NCBI GenBank assembly: GCA_010093605.1 | Contig: MU004192.1 | Coordinates: forward strand, 1,062,882-1,126,881 | Origin: Lophium mytilinum | Lineage: Eukaryota | Reading direction: 5' to 3' | Length of the DNA stretch: 64,000 nucleotides | Part shown: positions 21,523-33,272 of the stretch, one piece after another | Numbering within the stretch: the stretch's first letter is position 1 | Layout of the letters: each line of letters begins with the position of its first letter | Program-made: the position numbers and the translations under genes | Notes under the pieces: generated by a model | What the model was told of the DNA's origin: nothing | Seen by the model: only the letters and a program-made list of their open reading frames with translations | Databases searched by the model: none

Positions 21523-23427
21523 ATGGTGGCCGAGTCCGCCCACCCATCCAGCACCCCAAACCCGTTCGTGTCGCGCAGCAAACACCACGGCTGGGCCAAG
21601 ATGGACGACGTCCCGGACCAAAGCAGCAAGAAGGACACTACCCTCCTGGAGGAAGAGCTGCCTGCCGGTACCAGGATCACCAGCGAGGAGAGTGTGGACC
21701 CGATTGTGGATTCGATGCCTGAATCATCCACAGCAGCTGCAGAGACCGCGACTCGCTCAAATCACTGGAGACACCACTCGTCGAATTCTCATCATAACCA
21801 TCACTTCCGCGTGTACAAGAGGCGCTGGTTTGGCTTGATCCAGCTGATTCTGCTCAACATTGTTGTGAGCTGGGACGTGCGTGTTCATTCACACTTGCAG
21901 GTGGTTACCTAAGTGCCAGGATTCAACTAACAGCGCCACAGTGGCTTACTTTCGCGCCTCTATCTGCGACATCTTCGGAGTATTTCAATGTCTCCGAAAC
22001 GGCCATAAACTGGCTTAGCACTGGATTTCTGTTTGCTTTTGTTGTGATAAGTCCGTACGTAGTGTCTTCGCTCCGTCTTCTGTCACTCGTCCCATCGTTT
22101 GATCTGGTACTGACCTCTCACTAGGCTCGTGATATGGACTCTTAATCGAGGGCCAAAAGAGGCTATTATCAGCGCGAGTGTACTGGTTCTACTTGGCAAT
22201 TGGATTCGATATGCCGGCACACGCGCTACAGGCGGACACTATGGCGTGGTCATGTTTGGACAAATCCTCACAGGCCTTGCCCAGCCATTCGTTCTCGCTG
22301 CGCCTACCCGATATAGTGACCTATGGTTCACTGAAGGTGGACGAGTCTCTGCTACCGCAGTAGCTTCGTTGGCCAATCCATTCGGCGGAGCTGTAAGTCT
22401 ATATTTTCTAAGAAAAGAAAAGTTGAGACACTGATGCTTGCTAGCTCGGCCAACTGATTGGGCCTCTATGGTGTACTAAGGCCAGCGAAGTTCCAAATAT
22501 GGTCCTTTACACTGCCATCATTGTAAGTCATTGACAACTTTCCAGCTACTCGTCTCACTATAGGCCCTGCAAAGCATCGAGTTCTATCGCTGACGATCCT
22601 AGTCCTCCGTCGCCGCCCTCCCATCCTTCTTCATCCCTGAAAAACCACCAACGCCCCCCTCAGCCTCATCCGCGCTCCCCAAAACCCCCCTCAAAGAAAC
22701 GATCTCCCACCTAATCCACACCCCCTCCTTCTACCCCATCTTCATCGCCTTCAGCGTCTACGTCGGCTTCTTCAACGCCTTCTCATCCCTCCTCAACCAA
22801 ATCCTCGAACCATACGGCTTCACCGAGACACAAGCCGGCATCTGTGGTGCTGTACTCATCGTCGTCGGCCTCGTCTTTGCAGCTTTCACCTCGCCCGTCT
22901 TCGACCGCACCCACGCCTACCTCCTCGGCATCAAGCTGTTCATCCCCGTCATCGCTATCTGCTACCTCGCGTTCGTCTGGGCGCCGCAGACGCGCTCGCT
23001 CGGCGCCCCTTATGCCATCGCGGCTATCCTGGGTGCCGCCTCCTTCGCCCTTGTTCCCATCGCTCTCGAGTATCTCGTCGAAGTCGCCTACCCAGCCTCG
23101 CCCGAAGCGGGCAGTACCATCTGCTGGGCTGGCGGACAGCTGCTTGGCGGCGTTTTCATCGTCATCATGAACGCGCTGAAAGAGGGGACACTGCAAGTAG
23201 TTGAGGGCGGGGACGGAAAGGGCCAGGGCCCTGGTGATCGTCCACCGGGCAATATGTACCGTGCGCTGGTCTTCCAGGCTGTAGTGGCATGCGTCGTTAT
23301 GCCCTTGCCGCTAGCACTGGGTATCAAGAGACTTGGACTAGGCGCGGGCGCTGTGAAGGGGAGATTGAGGCTCGACGAGGCTGGGGAAGCTGAGGCTGAG
23401 GGAGAAAGACAGGAGGATGGCGCGTGA
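21523..23427 (+). CDS. MFS transporter, FLVCR/SLC49-like (multi-exon; start may be 21601)
   Basis: [76 protein letters not shown] motifs; canonical introns. Confidence 0.88.
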
Positions 23428-23815
23428 CTCTTAGCGGACTTCTAGAGTATGGAAGTCCGATCTCATTGGTAGGATGGTTGGGTGCTAACATATGGGTGTG
23501 TGGTGATTATGCTTGGTTTCACGGACATGATCGAGGGCTGAGCGATGGTCATGAGGCTCGGTTATGACGAGGTTTTCGAAAGCGTATATACATATGATTA
23601 ATATATTCCGCAGGCATCGGCGATTTTCCTCTCAAATCGCAGGAAGTGTGCCGACGTTACTTGCGAAGTCAGTGATATCGAGTGGCCAAATCGTATTGAG
23701 TTACAATAGGATACAACGACAGAATCGCTCACATGAGTGAGCAACGAATGACCCGCTACGTCCGCTCATCTCCCGCAATACGCTCAGCCGCTTGCTTCAA
23801 AACCACGCAAAACAT

Positions 23816-24626
23816 CTACTGGAATCGCTTCTCCGCCGCCTTCCAGTTGACCACCTCCCAGATGTTCTTGAAGTACTCAGCCTTGCGGTTCTGGTATTGG
23901 AGGTAGTACGCATGCTCCCACGCGTCGATACCTAGGATAGGACGGAACTGGCCCACGACGGCGTCTTGGTTCTAGAATCATATTAGCAGCAGTCCAATCC
24001 AGTCTGATCTAAACATGGGCAGTTTGAAAACTTACAGCATAAGTCTTGATCCCGACAGCTCCCGTCTGCGTATCCTGCACCAACCACGCCCACCCACTTC
24101 CTTGAATGCCAGTCAACGCGGCATTGAACTTCTCCTTCAGCGCATCCAAGCTGCCATAGCTCTCATTGATCGCCTTGGCCAATCCACCCGCCGGGGGCTC
24201 TCCACCGCCCTGCGATGTCGGCGCCAGGTTTTCCCAGAAGAGGGTGTGGTTGATGTGGCCGCCGCCGTGGAAGTTGATCAGAGGCTGCAGGGCGATTTGG
24301 GCGCTGATGTCTTCTTTGCCCTTGGCCTCGGCCATTTGCTCGCTGAAGTTGTTGAAGGAGGTTACGTAGGTTTGGTGGTGGTTCTTGTGGTGGAGCTCCA
24401 TGATTTTGCCGGAGATGGCGGGTTCGAGAGCGCCATAGTCGTCTAGCAGACAGAGGAGTCAGTATAAGGGGCCGTTGAATAAGAGAGCCTTTTTCGTACA
24501 TGTGAGGTCGGGAAGGGTAGCTTTGCCCCGGACGAAGGTAGCTCCAGCGATGCCGGCACGCTTGGAAGCTGTTGAAGCTCGTAGGGCGGAGCGGAAGCCC
24601 GAATTGCGGAGGAGTGTGGACGACAT
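23816..24626 (-). CDS. sod2: Mitochondrial manganese superoxide dismutase (exons 24626-24500, 24442-24036, 23971-23816)
   Basis: Arg/Ser/Ala-rich presequence, [62 protein letters not shown]. Confidence 0.97.
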
Positions 24627-24810
24627 GATTGCAGTTGTAGGAGCAATTGGGGTCGAAGAAATAGTTCAAGACAGAGGGGTGGTGTTGAGGTTGAAAGCTA
24701 GAGCTCCTCCGCTTAGCAATTAGTTCAGTGTTTCGTCATGTCAACGGCGTCTCTCGCTGTCCCTCCCGACCAGGACTCCCGACGAAAGCCGCTAAATACG
24801 GACCGAATAA

Positions 24811-24997
24811 ATTTGTCGAATTCAAAATAGCACAGAACGCTTGGTGTTTTTTTCTCGGCGTTCCTTACTAAAATTTGTATAAGAATCGCGGGGAGCACTA
24901 CCTAATTAAATGTTAGCCTTTTAATGTCCCCTATATAATAATAAGTAAGGTTCCTTGCCTATGCTATATAATTACCTACTAATATTTTTCTAGTATT
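24811..24997 (+). repeat. Left terminal inverted repeat
   Basis: atttgtcgaattcaaaatagcacagaacgcttgg...tactaatatttttctagtatt is the reverse complement of 29926-30112; the differences I checked are transitions. Confidence 0.95.
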
Positions 24998-25029
24998 TAG
25001 TAAGCCTTGCTAATAAGCTTTTCTACACG

Positions 25030-26130
25030 CGTACTGCCTAAACGCGCCGCTAGAATTAATACTCTATATCTACCTCTTAACGCCTTAATATTATATATCT
25101 TCTTATACTAGGTTAGCCTATAAAGAATATTACCTTATATATTTAAGTATTACTAGTAACTATTTATATAATGCTATAGAACCTATTATAATTTAGCAGC
25201 GCTATTCTACCTTAATTTATATTGGCTAGGCGGCCTTAAAGGCTTACTTAAGCTAATAAGAATAAGGTTTTTAAGTAGCTACTAGAAGAAGGCTAGAGAG
25301 ATTAAAATAAGATTATAAAGTAGCTTCTTCTAGAATATAGTATTAAGGTTTTATAGCCTACTATCTATTATATACTTAAATAGTATAAGTAGACTAGAAA
25401 GGCTATAAAGTATTAATTAAATAGGGCTAGCTATAAGCTTTAAAGCGGCTATCTTAAGAATCTTATATAGTATAAATCTAAGAACCTAGTTTTCCTTAAT
25501 AAATCTATCTTTAATAAGAAGACTAGCTAGCGCTACTACGCGTACGCACCTATTAGCTAGCCTACCCGCTATAAGAATAATATAGCGCGTAGTAAGATAT
25601 AGAGTATCTATACTATAATAATACTTAAAGGTTAGCTACTATATACTAGAGTAAGAGAAGAATACTTTAATATAGAGAACTTCTATAATTAGGTTATTAA
25701 TATACTTCTACTAGCCCTCTAAGGAGAATTTAATAGGGCTATTAAGGTAATTATACTTAATAATATTAATATATATATAGATATCTAGATTATTAATAAG
25801 ATCTAGATATAGGGCTATATTATAAAGTACCTGCCGCTATACTTACCTAATTTTAATCTAATTAAATTAATCTTTATAACTCTAAAGGTATAGATCTATT
25901 ACTACTACTACTACCTACGCTCTATATATTATAACTTTAGTAACTTTCTATAGGCTATAATTAAGTATAGTTACTATAATAGATTTACGCGTAAGTAGTT
26001 CTACTATACTACTAGAGGCGTATATATATAGATAGAGGAGCTAGAGTAGATTTAGGTATACCTAGATATATATAAGAGAGGTAAGAGAGAGAATTAAATA
26101 GAGAAGAAGTAGATAGAGAAGAAGGTTTAA
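25030..26130 (+). pseudogene. RIP-mutated IS630/Tc1 DDE transposase (boundaries approximate)
   Basis: Reverting C>T/G>A gives FLDESIFNEKTGWR..AYAPIG (D at 25498), VI.LDN (D at 25759) and KYLPPYSPDFNPIE (E at 25864) in one frame; 34 codons between second D and E. Confidence 0.88.
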
Positions 26131-27538
26131 GTATATACTCTATATAGCCTTTCTATTTAATATATACTCTATATATAGTATTACTATTTTAGTATTACTA
26201 TTTTAGTATTACTATTTTTTATATACTATCCAGGCTAAGGCTTAAGTATTAGCGCTGGCAGATAATTTATAGCTTGCGTATTAGTATAGAGTAAAGTTAT
26301 ATAGTAAAGCTTAATAGCTATTATTTATTTTTCTATATATTCTTACCTTTCTTTTAACTCTCTTCTTTCTTTAGACTCTATATACTATTAATTACTACCT
26401 TTATAATACTATAGCTAATAATACTATAGCTAATAATACTAGTAATTAGGGCTCTATTAATAGCCTAATTAATAACATTCTTATAGAGCCCTCCCCTTCT
26501 CCGCCTCTTACTACGCACCTCTTTAGTGCACCCTTTAGGCCCCTTAGGGTTTACCCGAATCCTCTAGTAATATAGGTAGTAGTAGCTAGACTACTTTCTA
26601 TTAAGAAGAAGATAATAGGTATTTAAGCTAAAGATAAGAAGCTAGAAGCTTTCTCTAGTAAGAGCCTAGAGAATTCTAGCCCTTAAAGGCTTTATATAGT
26701 ATATAGCAGGCCTATATACCCCCTTTCTACTCTTACTATTAGTAGAGATATCTATAATATACCTAATTAAAAGAAGAATAAGAATAAGAAAAAAGAAAAA
26801 AAGACTAATCTCTCTCTACTATATATAATTCCTAGTATAGTAGCTTAAGAATCTAGCTAACCTATTTATATAGAAAGCGCCGCGCTTACTATCTACTCTC
26901 TCCTCTTACTATTACTATTATTCTAGGCCTACTAACTTTCTTTTAGTATACTAATAACTTTACTACTACCCTTAGCTTCTCTACTATTACTATAGCCCTC
27001 TAAAAGCGCTTCTACTACGCTAAGCTTATCTATATAGAGCTTATTAATAGCTAATATAGCTAGAATTAGGCGGGCCTAGCCTATAGTATATACCTAGAGT
27101 GCGCCTAGAATATATCTACTAGGGGCTATTATTAGTATAATATTAATTTCTATACTAATAATAATCTAGGTAGTAAATATAGTATATATAGAGTTAGAAG
27201 TAAGTACTATACTTAGGTTAATACTATAGAAGATATAGTAGCGTTTAAGTAGACTTTAAAGCCTAGGGCTAGTTATACTAGAAGAAAGAAGTAAATAGAG
27301 AATTAAGCCTATCTAACTATATACTTAGAAACTATAACTATTACTTCTAAGTTCTATTACTACTAATTAATATTTCTATATATCTAGCATGCGGATATAA
27401 ATATACGCGTCTAGATACATAATTTAGCTGTCTATTTATATAATTTAGACTTATATTTACTAAGATATAATAAAGTAATAGATTCTATTTCTATATAGCC
27501 TTTTTATTTTATATATACTCTATATATAATTTAATATA

Positions 27539-27759
27539 AGGCTTAAGTATTAGTAGTAAGAATCTTATTTTAATATTTTAAGAATTAAGTATTAGCGTAG
27601 AGAAAATTTACCCTACGCTAATACTTAAGCCTTAAAATAAGATTCTTACTACTAATACTTAAGCTATAAAATATTAAAATAAGATTCTTACTACTAATAC
27701 TTAAGCCGCATAATATTAAGATATATTTTTATATTTCGCCCGCACTAATACTTAAGCCC
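27539..27759. repeat. Internal palindromic MITE-like segment flanked by TA
   Basis: ta|aggcttaagtattag ... ctaatacttaagccc|ta, with several internal copies of ttaagtattag/ctaatacttaag; a further left-arm copy at 26238. Confidence 0.55.
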
Positions 27760-27869
27760 TATATTATAATACCCCTAATTTAAAATAAAAAGGCTAAAAT
27801 AGAAAGGCTATATAGGCTATATATAATATATATAGAACTATAATAGTATAGAATAATACTAATTACTCT

Positions 27870-29820
27870 ATTTAACTAGCTTCTAAATACCTAACTGTAT
27901 TCTAACTCCCTTCTATATTCTACGCCCGTTTTAACCTACTCTACCTTCTTCTAGCATAGTTAGCGCCTCTAACGCGGCCTTCTCTTATCTATATAGGTTC
28001 TTAAAGTTATATAGCTCTTTTATAAACTATATTACTATTCTATTTAATAGCTCTAGAGCTAGAGCTATATAGTATACCTTTAAGAATCTATTCTATATTT
28101 ACTAAAGAAAATTAATATTCTATATCTAATTAATAATAATCTATATAGTATACTACTACTACTACTTTATACCTATATTTATAATAGCTCTAACCTTCTA
28201 GAAGAAGAAGAACTTAAGTATATTAGCGTTTTTCTCTAGGTATACTAGGCTTAAGCTATAAGAATATACCGCCGGCGCTACTTAGCTAGAGAAGATATAC
28301 TACGGCGGCGGCTGTATTAGGGGCTAAGGCGTAGGCGTAGACTAAGAATAACTCTATAGTATAAGTAGTAGAGGGGAGAAGAGCTATATATATATCTATA
28401 GAGCCTATAGAGAAAGGCTATACTAAGGTTATATAGAAGAAAAAGAAGAAGAAAAAGAAGCGCTTTAAAAAGAAGTACTTTATAATACTATTTAATCTAC
28501 TATCTCTATATCTTTCTACTATATCTAGAGCTTTATTAAGCGCTCTATTATATTAAATATTCTAGCTATCTTATCTTTAGACTTCTGCGCCTAATTTAAC
28601 TTTATAGTACGCTAGTAATCTTTTTTAACTAGGCCTTTTTTAGTAAGATCTTTATATACTTTATTAGGCGGCTTAGTAATTATAGCCTTACTCTAAGTAA
28701 TTATATCTATCTATACCTAGTAGTGCCTTATAAGTAATATATAGTACTTCTAATTATTATTAACCTAGTATAGATTATCTATATTAGAGTAGGTATTATT
28801 TATATACTTATATAGTAATAGTATACTAGTCTATAGGCGGCTAGACTCTTAAATTAACTCTAAATAGACTACCTACTACTCTAATAGCTTAGTAGTATAA
28901 GGCCCGCTTCTACCGCGGAACCTATTAGTAGTTAGCGTGCCTAATAGCAATAATAATAGCACCTCTACTTCCTTCCTCTTCTTTAATAGCGGCGGCGGTA
29001 GATTATATATTAACTTATATTTAAATATTATAGAAATAGTAGCCTTTAGATAATTCTTCCGCTTTAAATTAAGTATATAGAACACCTACTAGAACTCTAA
29101 AAGTAAGAAGTTAGCTATATTATAACTAAGAAAACCTCTAGTTCTCTTTATTATATAAATAATAGTAGTGCGCTAGATAACCTTATACTCTTTCTTATAG
29201 TTACTATTAATCTGCGCTATAGTTACTATTATATCTAGCTTAACCTCTAGGTTCTTAGTATTAAAAGTAAACTAGGTTAAGTTCTCTAGCTATCTACTAC
29301 TAACCTTCTTACTATTAATATAAAGAAGATAGAATAGAGTAACTAGAAAGTTATTAACCTTCTCTTCCGCCTCTTTAATATAGTACTAGATACTAGCGCC
29401 AGCACTAGTTAATACGCCGCTAGTAGTCCTCTTAATACTATAATAAGCCTACGCCTTTATAAAACTAATAGCTATTAGATCTACCTTTTTAGGGCCCTTC
29501 TTACTACCTATTTCTATATTTTTAGAACCTTTCTAGCCTTTATTACTACTTATATCTACCTTAATAGAGCCCCCTTTAACTCTTAAAGAGCTACTTAGTA
29601 TATCTAGTAATATATTCTACTATACTAACGCTCTAGCCTTTATAGAGGGTATCTATATATATACTAGAGGCGGCTTTCTCTTTAGTATAGCCTTTAGCTT
29701 TATAGGCTTTAGTATAGCCTTTATAGACTTTAGTATAGTCTTTATAGGCTTTAGTATAGCCTTTATAGGCTTTAGCGTAGCCTTTATAGGCTTAGGCGTA
29801 CCCTTTAGTATACTTACTAT
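27870..29820 (-). pseudogene. RIP-mutated accessory ORF of the transposon (boundaries approximate)
   Basis: Long codon-like frame whose stops (TAG/TAA) are explicable by RIP; N-terminal heptapeptide repeat and a Cys/His motif at about 28665-28812. Confidence 0.55.
29680..29810. repeat. 21-bp minisatellite (~6 copies)
   Basis: ctttagtatagcctttatagg repeated in tandem. Confidence 0.9.
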
Positions 29821-29925
29821 AGTAGTAGTCCTTAGACTTATATAAATAGGGGGGGTATTAGGCGCGTTATTAGGTATAAAGAAAACGCGTCTTCTATTAC
29901 TATAGGTAGTTAGTAGGGATACTAT

Positions 29926-30112
29926 AATACTAGAAAAATATTAGTAAGTAGTTATATAGTATAGGTAAGGAACCTTACTTATTATTATATAGGGGATATT
30001 AAAAGGTTAACATTTAATTAGGTGGTGCTCCCTGCAATTCTTATATAAATTTTGGTGAGGAACGCCGAGAAAAAAACGCCAAGCGTTCTGTGCTATTTTG
30101 AATTCGACAAAT
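29926..30112 (-). repeat. Right terminal inverted repeat
   Basis: Reverse complement of 24811-24997. Confidence 0.95.
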
Positions 30113-30366
30113 CCATAGGGCAAGCCGAGCCAGGCGAGCCTTCGCCCGCATGCAGTCTATCAAAATCAAAGTACCCGCATGACGGCGCAGATGTAGCAGC
30201 GCCTGAACGGCACGCCGCTGCATCCCATTGTCTCCCAGGCCTCACGCCATGTAGCACCACCCCGCAAAACCCCAGGACGGAGAGAATATTCTTACTCACC
30301 ACGTCGCCGCTGGAGACTCCATCTTGATATACAGCTAGCAGCCGCTTGCCCCTCATCCCCGCCTTC

Positions 30367-32028
30367 ATGGCGCCCACAATTGTCCACCTCCCCAACGGCC
30401 AAAACCTGACCATCACGCCCGTGTTTGGCGGCCTCTTCTTCAAATCCAACGACCTCACGCACAATAGCCACTCGCCCTTCCCGCCAGGATGGACTATCGT
30501 GCTCAATTCCGAGGACGACGAGCGCGTTGAATTCGCACAAACAGGCGCTGACGGACGAGAACCGTCGCCGGCGCAGGATGAGCCCAAATCGAAACGGTTC
30601 AGTGTGCACCGCTACAAGAGGCCTACGCTCCAGAATGACCACCTCTACATCTCCTCCATCTCGAACCCCAGCAGCACCGAGTTCAAGCCCGCAAGCTCGC
30701 CCACCAGGCAGATTGCTATGATGCTGTGGGCTACGCTGTGGTGGTACTTCCACCAAGCGGAACCGAACCTCCAGATCACAAACGCCGCTTCTGCGAAGAC
30801 CTCCGCAGCTGGGAGGCCGGAGGGTGAGTGGAGGATCAACATAAACCGCGAGGGCATTTTCAAGGGCAAGGTTGTGCTGCCAAAGCTGGAGCGCATGGGC
30901 TTGATTGCCAGCGAGGAATCCAGCGTCGGCATTGAGCAAAGCGAGAAGTCGCCCGAGGGCTGGACAAATATGTTCGTGAGCCGCAGGTCTTTCTGGCAGC
31001 TGGACCCGCGGATATACCTCTTCACGTTGTCGCCATTGGCGCAATCGCCCTTCCCGGCTGGCTCGCCGTATGCCTCGCGACCGGCTTCTCCTAGTGGAGA
31101 AGGGCGGAAGCAGGATCCTACCCAGATTGAATCGGTATCGCAAGGTCTGTGGTCTCCTAATGGTCCAGGCCCCTTCCATTCGACTAGCCACCTGCCTACG
31201 TATTACCCTCCGCCTCCTCCTCAGTACGTCTTTTCGAACCACGTGCGGCATCCTATCCGCCCAAAACCACCACGGCAAGGAGAGACGTTCTACACAAGGT
31301 TTATCCCAAGTTTGAACCAGTACCTTTCGTTCAGAGTGGCTTCGATTTCGTCGAAGCCTCTACGGCACAAAGGACCTGTTGCGTCAAACAACATTGTGAA
31401 CAGTTTCCGTAATTCACAAATATCTGTCATGTCGGAGCCAGCCATACCAACTATGGGTCTACTCGGTCTCGGACTTTCTGATCCGGAGTATCTGCACAAG
31501 TGGATGAATGAGCCTCGCGTGTCACACTTCTGGGGCGAGGCGGGACCTCAATCTCATCAGGAACATTTTCTGAAGAAAGGACTCCAGAATAAGAACAGCT
31601 TCCCAGTCATTGGATGCTGGGACGGGAAGCCATTCGGCTATTTTGAAATCTATTGGGTGAAAGAAGATAATGTTGGAAAGTACCTAGGGGGCAATGTTGG
31701 CGATTATGATCGTGGCATCCACTGTCTGGTTGGAGAAGAGGAGTTTAGGGGACCACAACGAGTCAAGGTCTGGCTAAGTGCGTTGGTACATTACTGCTGG
31801 TTGGCAGATAACAGGACAGAAACGATCATTATGGAACCTAGGGTGGACAACGAGACGTGAGTCTATTCCCATTTTAACTAAAAGTTATCGCAATACTAAC
31901 CTTCCGACAGGCTTTCCCAGTATTGCATGGATCTTGGGTTCTACAAGGAAAGGGAAATCAGTTTCCCTCACAAGCAGGCTAATCTCATGAAGATTAGGAG
32001 GGATGCTTGGGAAGCACCGGGGCTCTAA
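30367..32028 (+). CDS. AlcB/IucB-family GNAT acyltransferase, SidL-like (N5-hydroxyornithine transacetylase) (intron 31857-31910)
   Basis: HPIRPKPPRQGETFYTRFIP, LHKWMNEPRVSHFWGE, PFGYFEIYWVKED, YDRGIHCLVGEEEFRG, EPRVDN, FPHKQANLM motifs; no C-terminal PTS1. Confidence 0.88.
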
Positions 32029-32269
32029 AACGGTTATATGGGATTGGGAGGATATTTGCTTTCTACCATTTGCTTTATTACACTGTTATCACTACGGAGA
32101 TACCACTTGGCTTCACGAGGATACAACAATATTGTTCATACTAGTTACGTCTTTCGCATCAAGCAGCTGTCACATGTTATCGCGGGGCACTCGACTTCCT
32201 TAGCTCCGAACTGATGCCCGCAACAACACTAAGCTCTCATCCCCAAACTAGTACTCCTCCGCTACACCA

Positions 32270-33272
32270 ATGTCACTGTTCAAAACCCCAATCATCCGCT
32301 CAATCGCATGCGCACGCTACACCTCCACAATGACATCCGCACAGCTCAAATCCCTCGCCGCCTACTCCGCCTGCGACGTAGGTCCTGCCCCGCCCCACCA
32401 TTCGTCACTCCGCTGAGCTGTACGCGGGCACCAGGTCTCGGACGCGCTGCTCAAGCTCAATGTCCCTGGCGCCGGGTTCCTGGCCGACATAAGTACTAAT
32501 CCACCGCCCTTCATCCATTCCGTTAAGCTGTTCTCGACTAACACTTCCTAAAGCACCCATCCCAACTTCCACGGCGATTATCAAGACCATAGCGAAAGCA
32601 TCAACGTTCCTCTTCGTCCCTAAAGCCTCCGGCTCTTTCGCCCAACCACCATCTGCGACACCCTTTCAGGATCTGCCTGAGCCGAATATCACGCCCGGCA
32701 CGCCGTATGCCGATCTCGCGACGCCGGATACGGTAGTTGTGCTGAGCCAGCCTGCGGGGCAGAAGTGCGCTGTCATGGGTGGGATAATGGCGGTTAGGAT
32801 GAAGAAGCTGGGTGTTAAAGGGGTGGTGGTGGATGGGAGGGTAAGGGATTTGGGGACGTGTGGGGAGGTAGGGATACCAGTGAGTGGGATGGTCTTGACG
32901 GCAGTAGGACAGTGGTGCTAATGGCTGATGTAGGTTTGGTCGAAGGCGACGAGTACGATTGGGGCTGGCGCGGAGAGTAAGCCGTGGGCGAGAGATGTTC
33001 CGGTCGTAGTTGGAGGGGTGAGGGTTGAGGCGGTATGTTGTTTTCCTTCGAAAGATCCGTGCTGAAAGGGAGTGGGGCTGATGGAGCTTTAGGGCGATAT
33101 CATTATGATTGATCCGGCTGAGAATGGCGTGGTTTCTATTCCGCAGTCGAAGCTTGAGGAGGTGCTTGAGCTACTTCCGAAGCTTGTCGCGGCGGATGAG
33201 AATGTCATTGTTGATGTGGAGAATGGAGGGACCGTTGCGGATGCTTTTAAGGAGCATAGGAGTAACTTGTAG
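32270..33272 (+). CDS. RraA-like / HMG aldolase-family protein (multi-exon)
   Basis: YSACD|VSDALLKL, AVMGGIMAVRMKKLGVKGVVVDGRVRDL, GDIIMID...GVVSIP motifs. Confidence 0.85.

Larger units (their letters stand above)
24811..30112. mobile_element. 5.3-kb RIP-inactivated TIR DNA transposon, IS630/Tc1-type (DD34E)
   Basis: 187-bp terminal inverted repeats; interior very AT-rich, almost devoid of CA/TG and full of TA; transposase motifs recoverable. Confidence 0.93.

Noticed and set aside
28876..29085. 69-aa ORF inside the AT-rich block as an intact gene
   Set aside because: It is a stop-free fragment within RIP-mutated sequence
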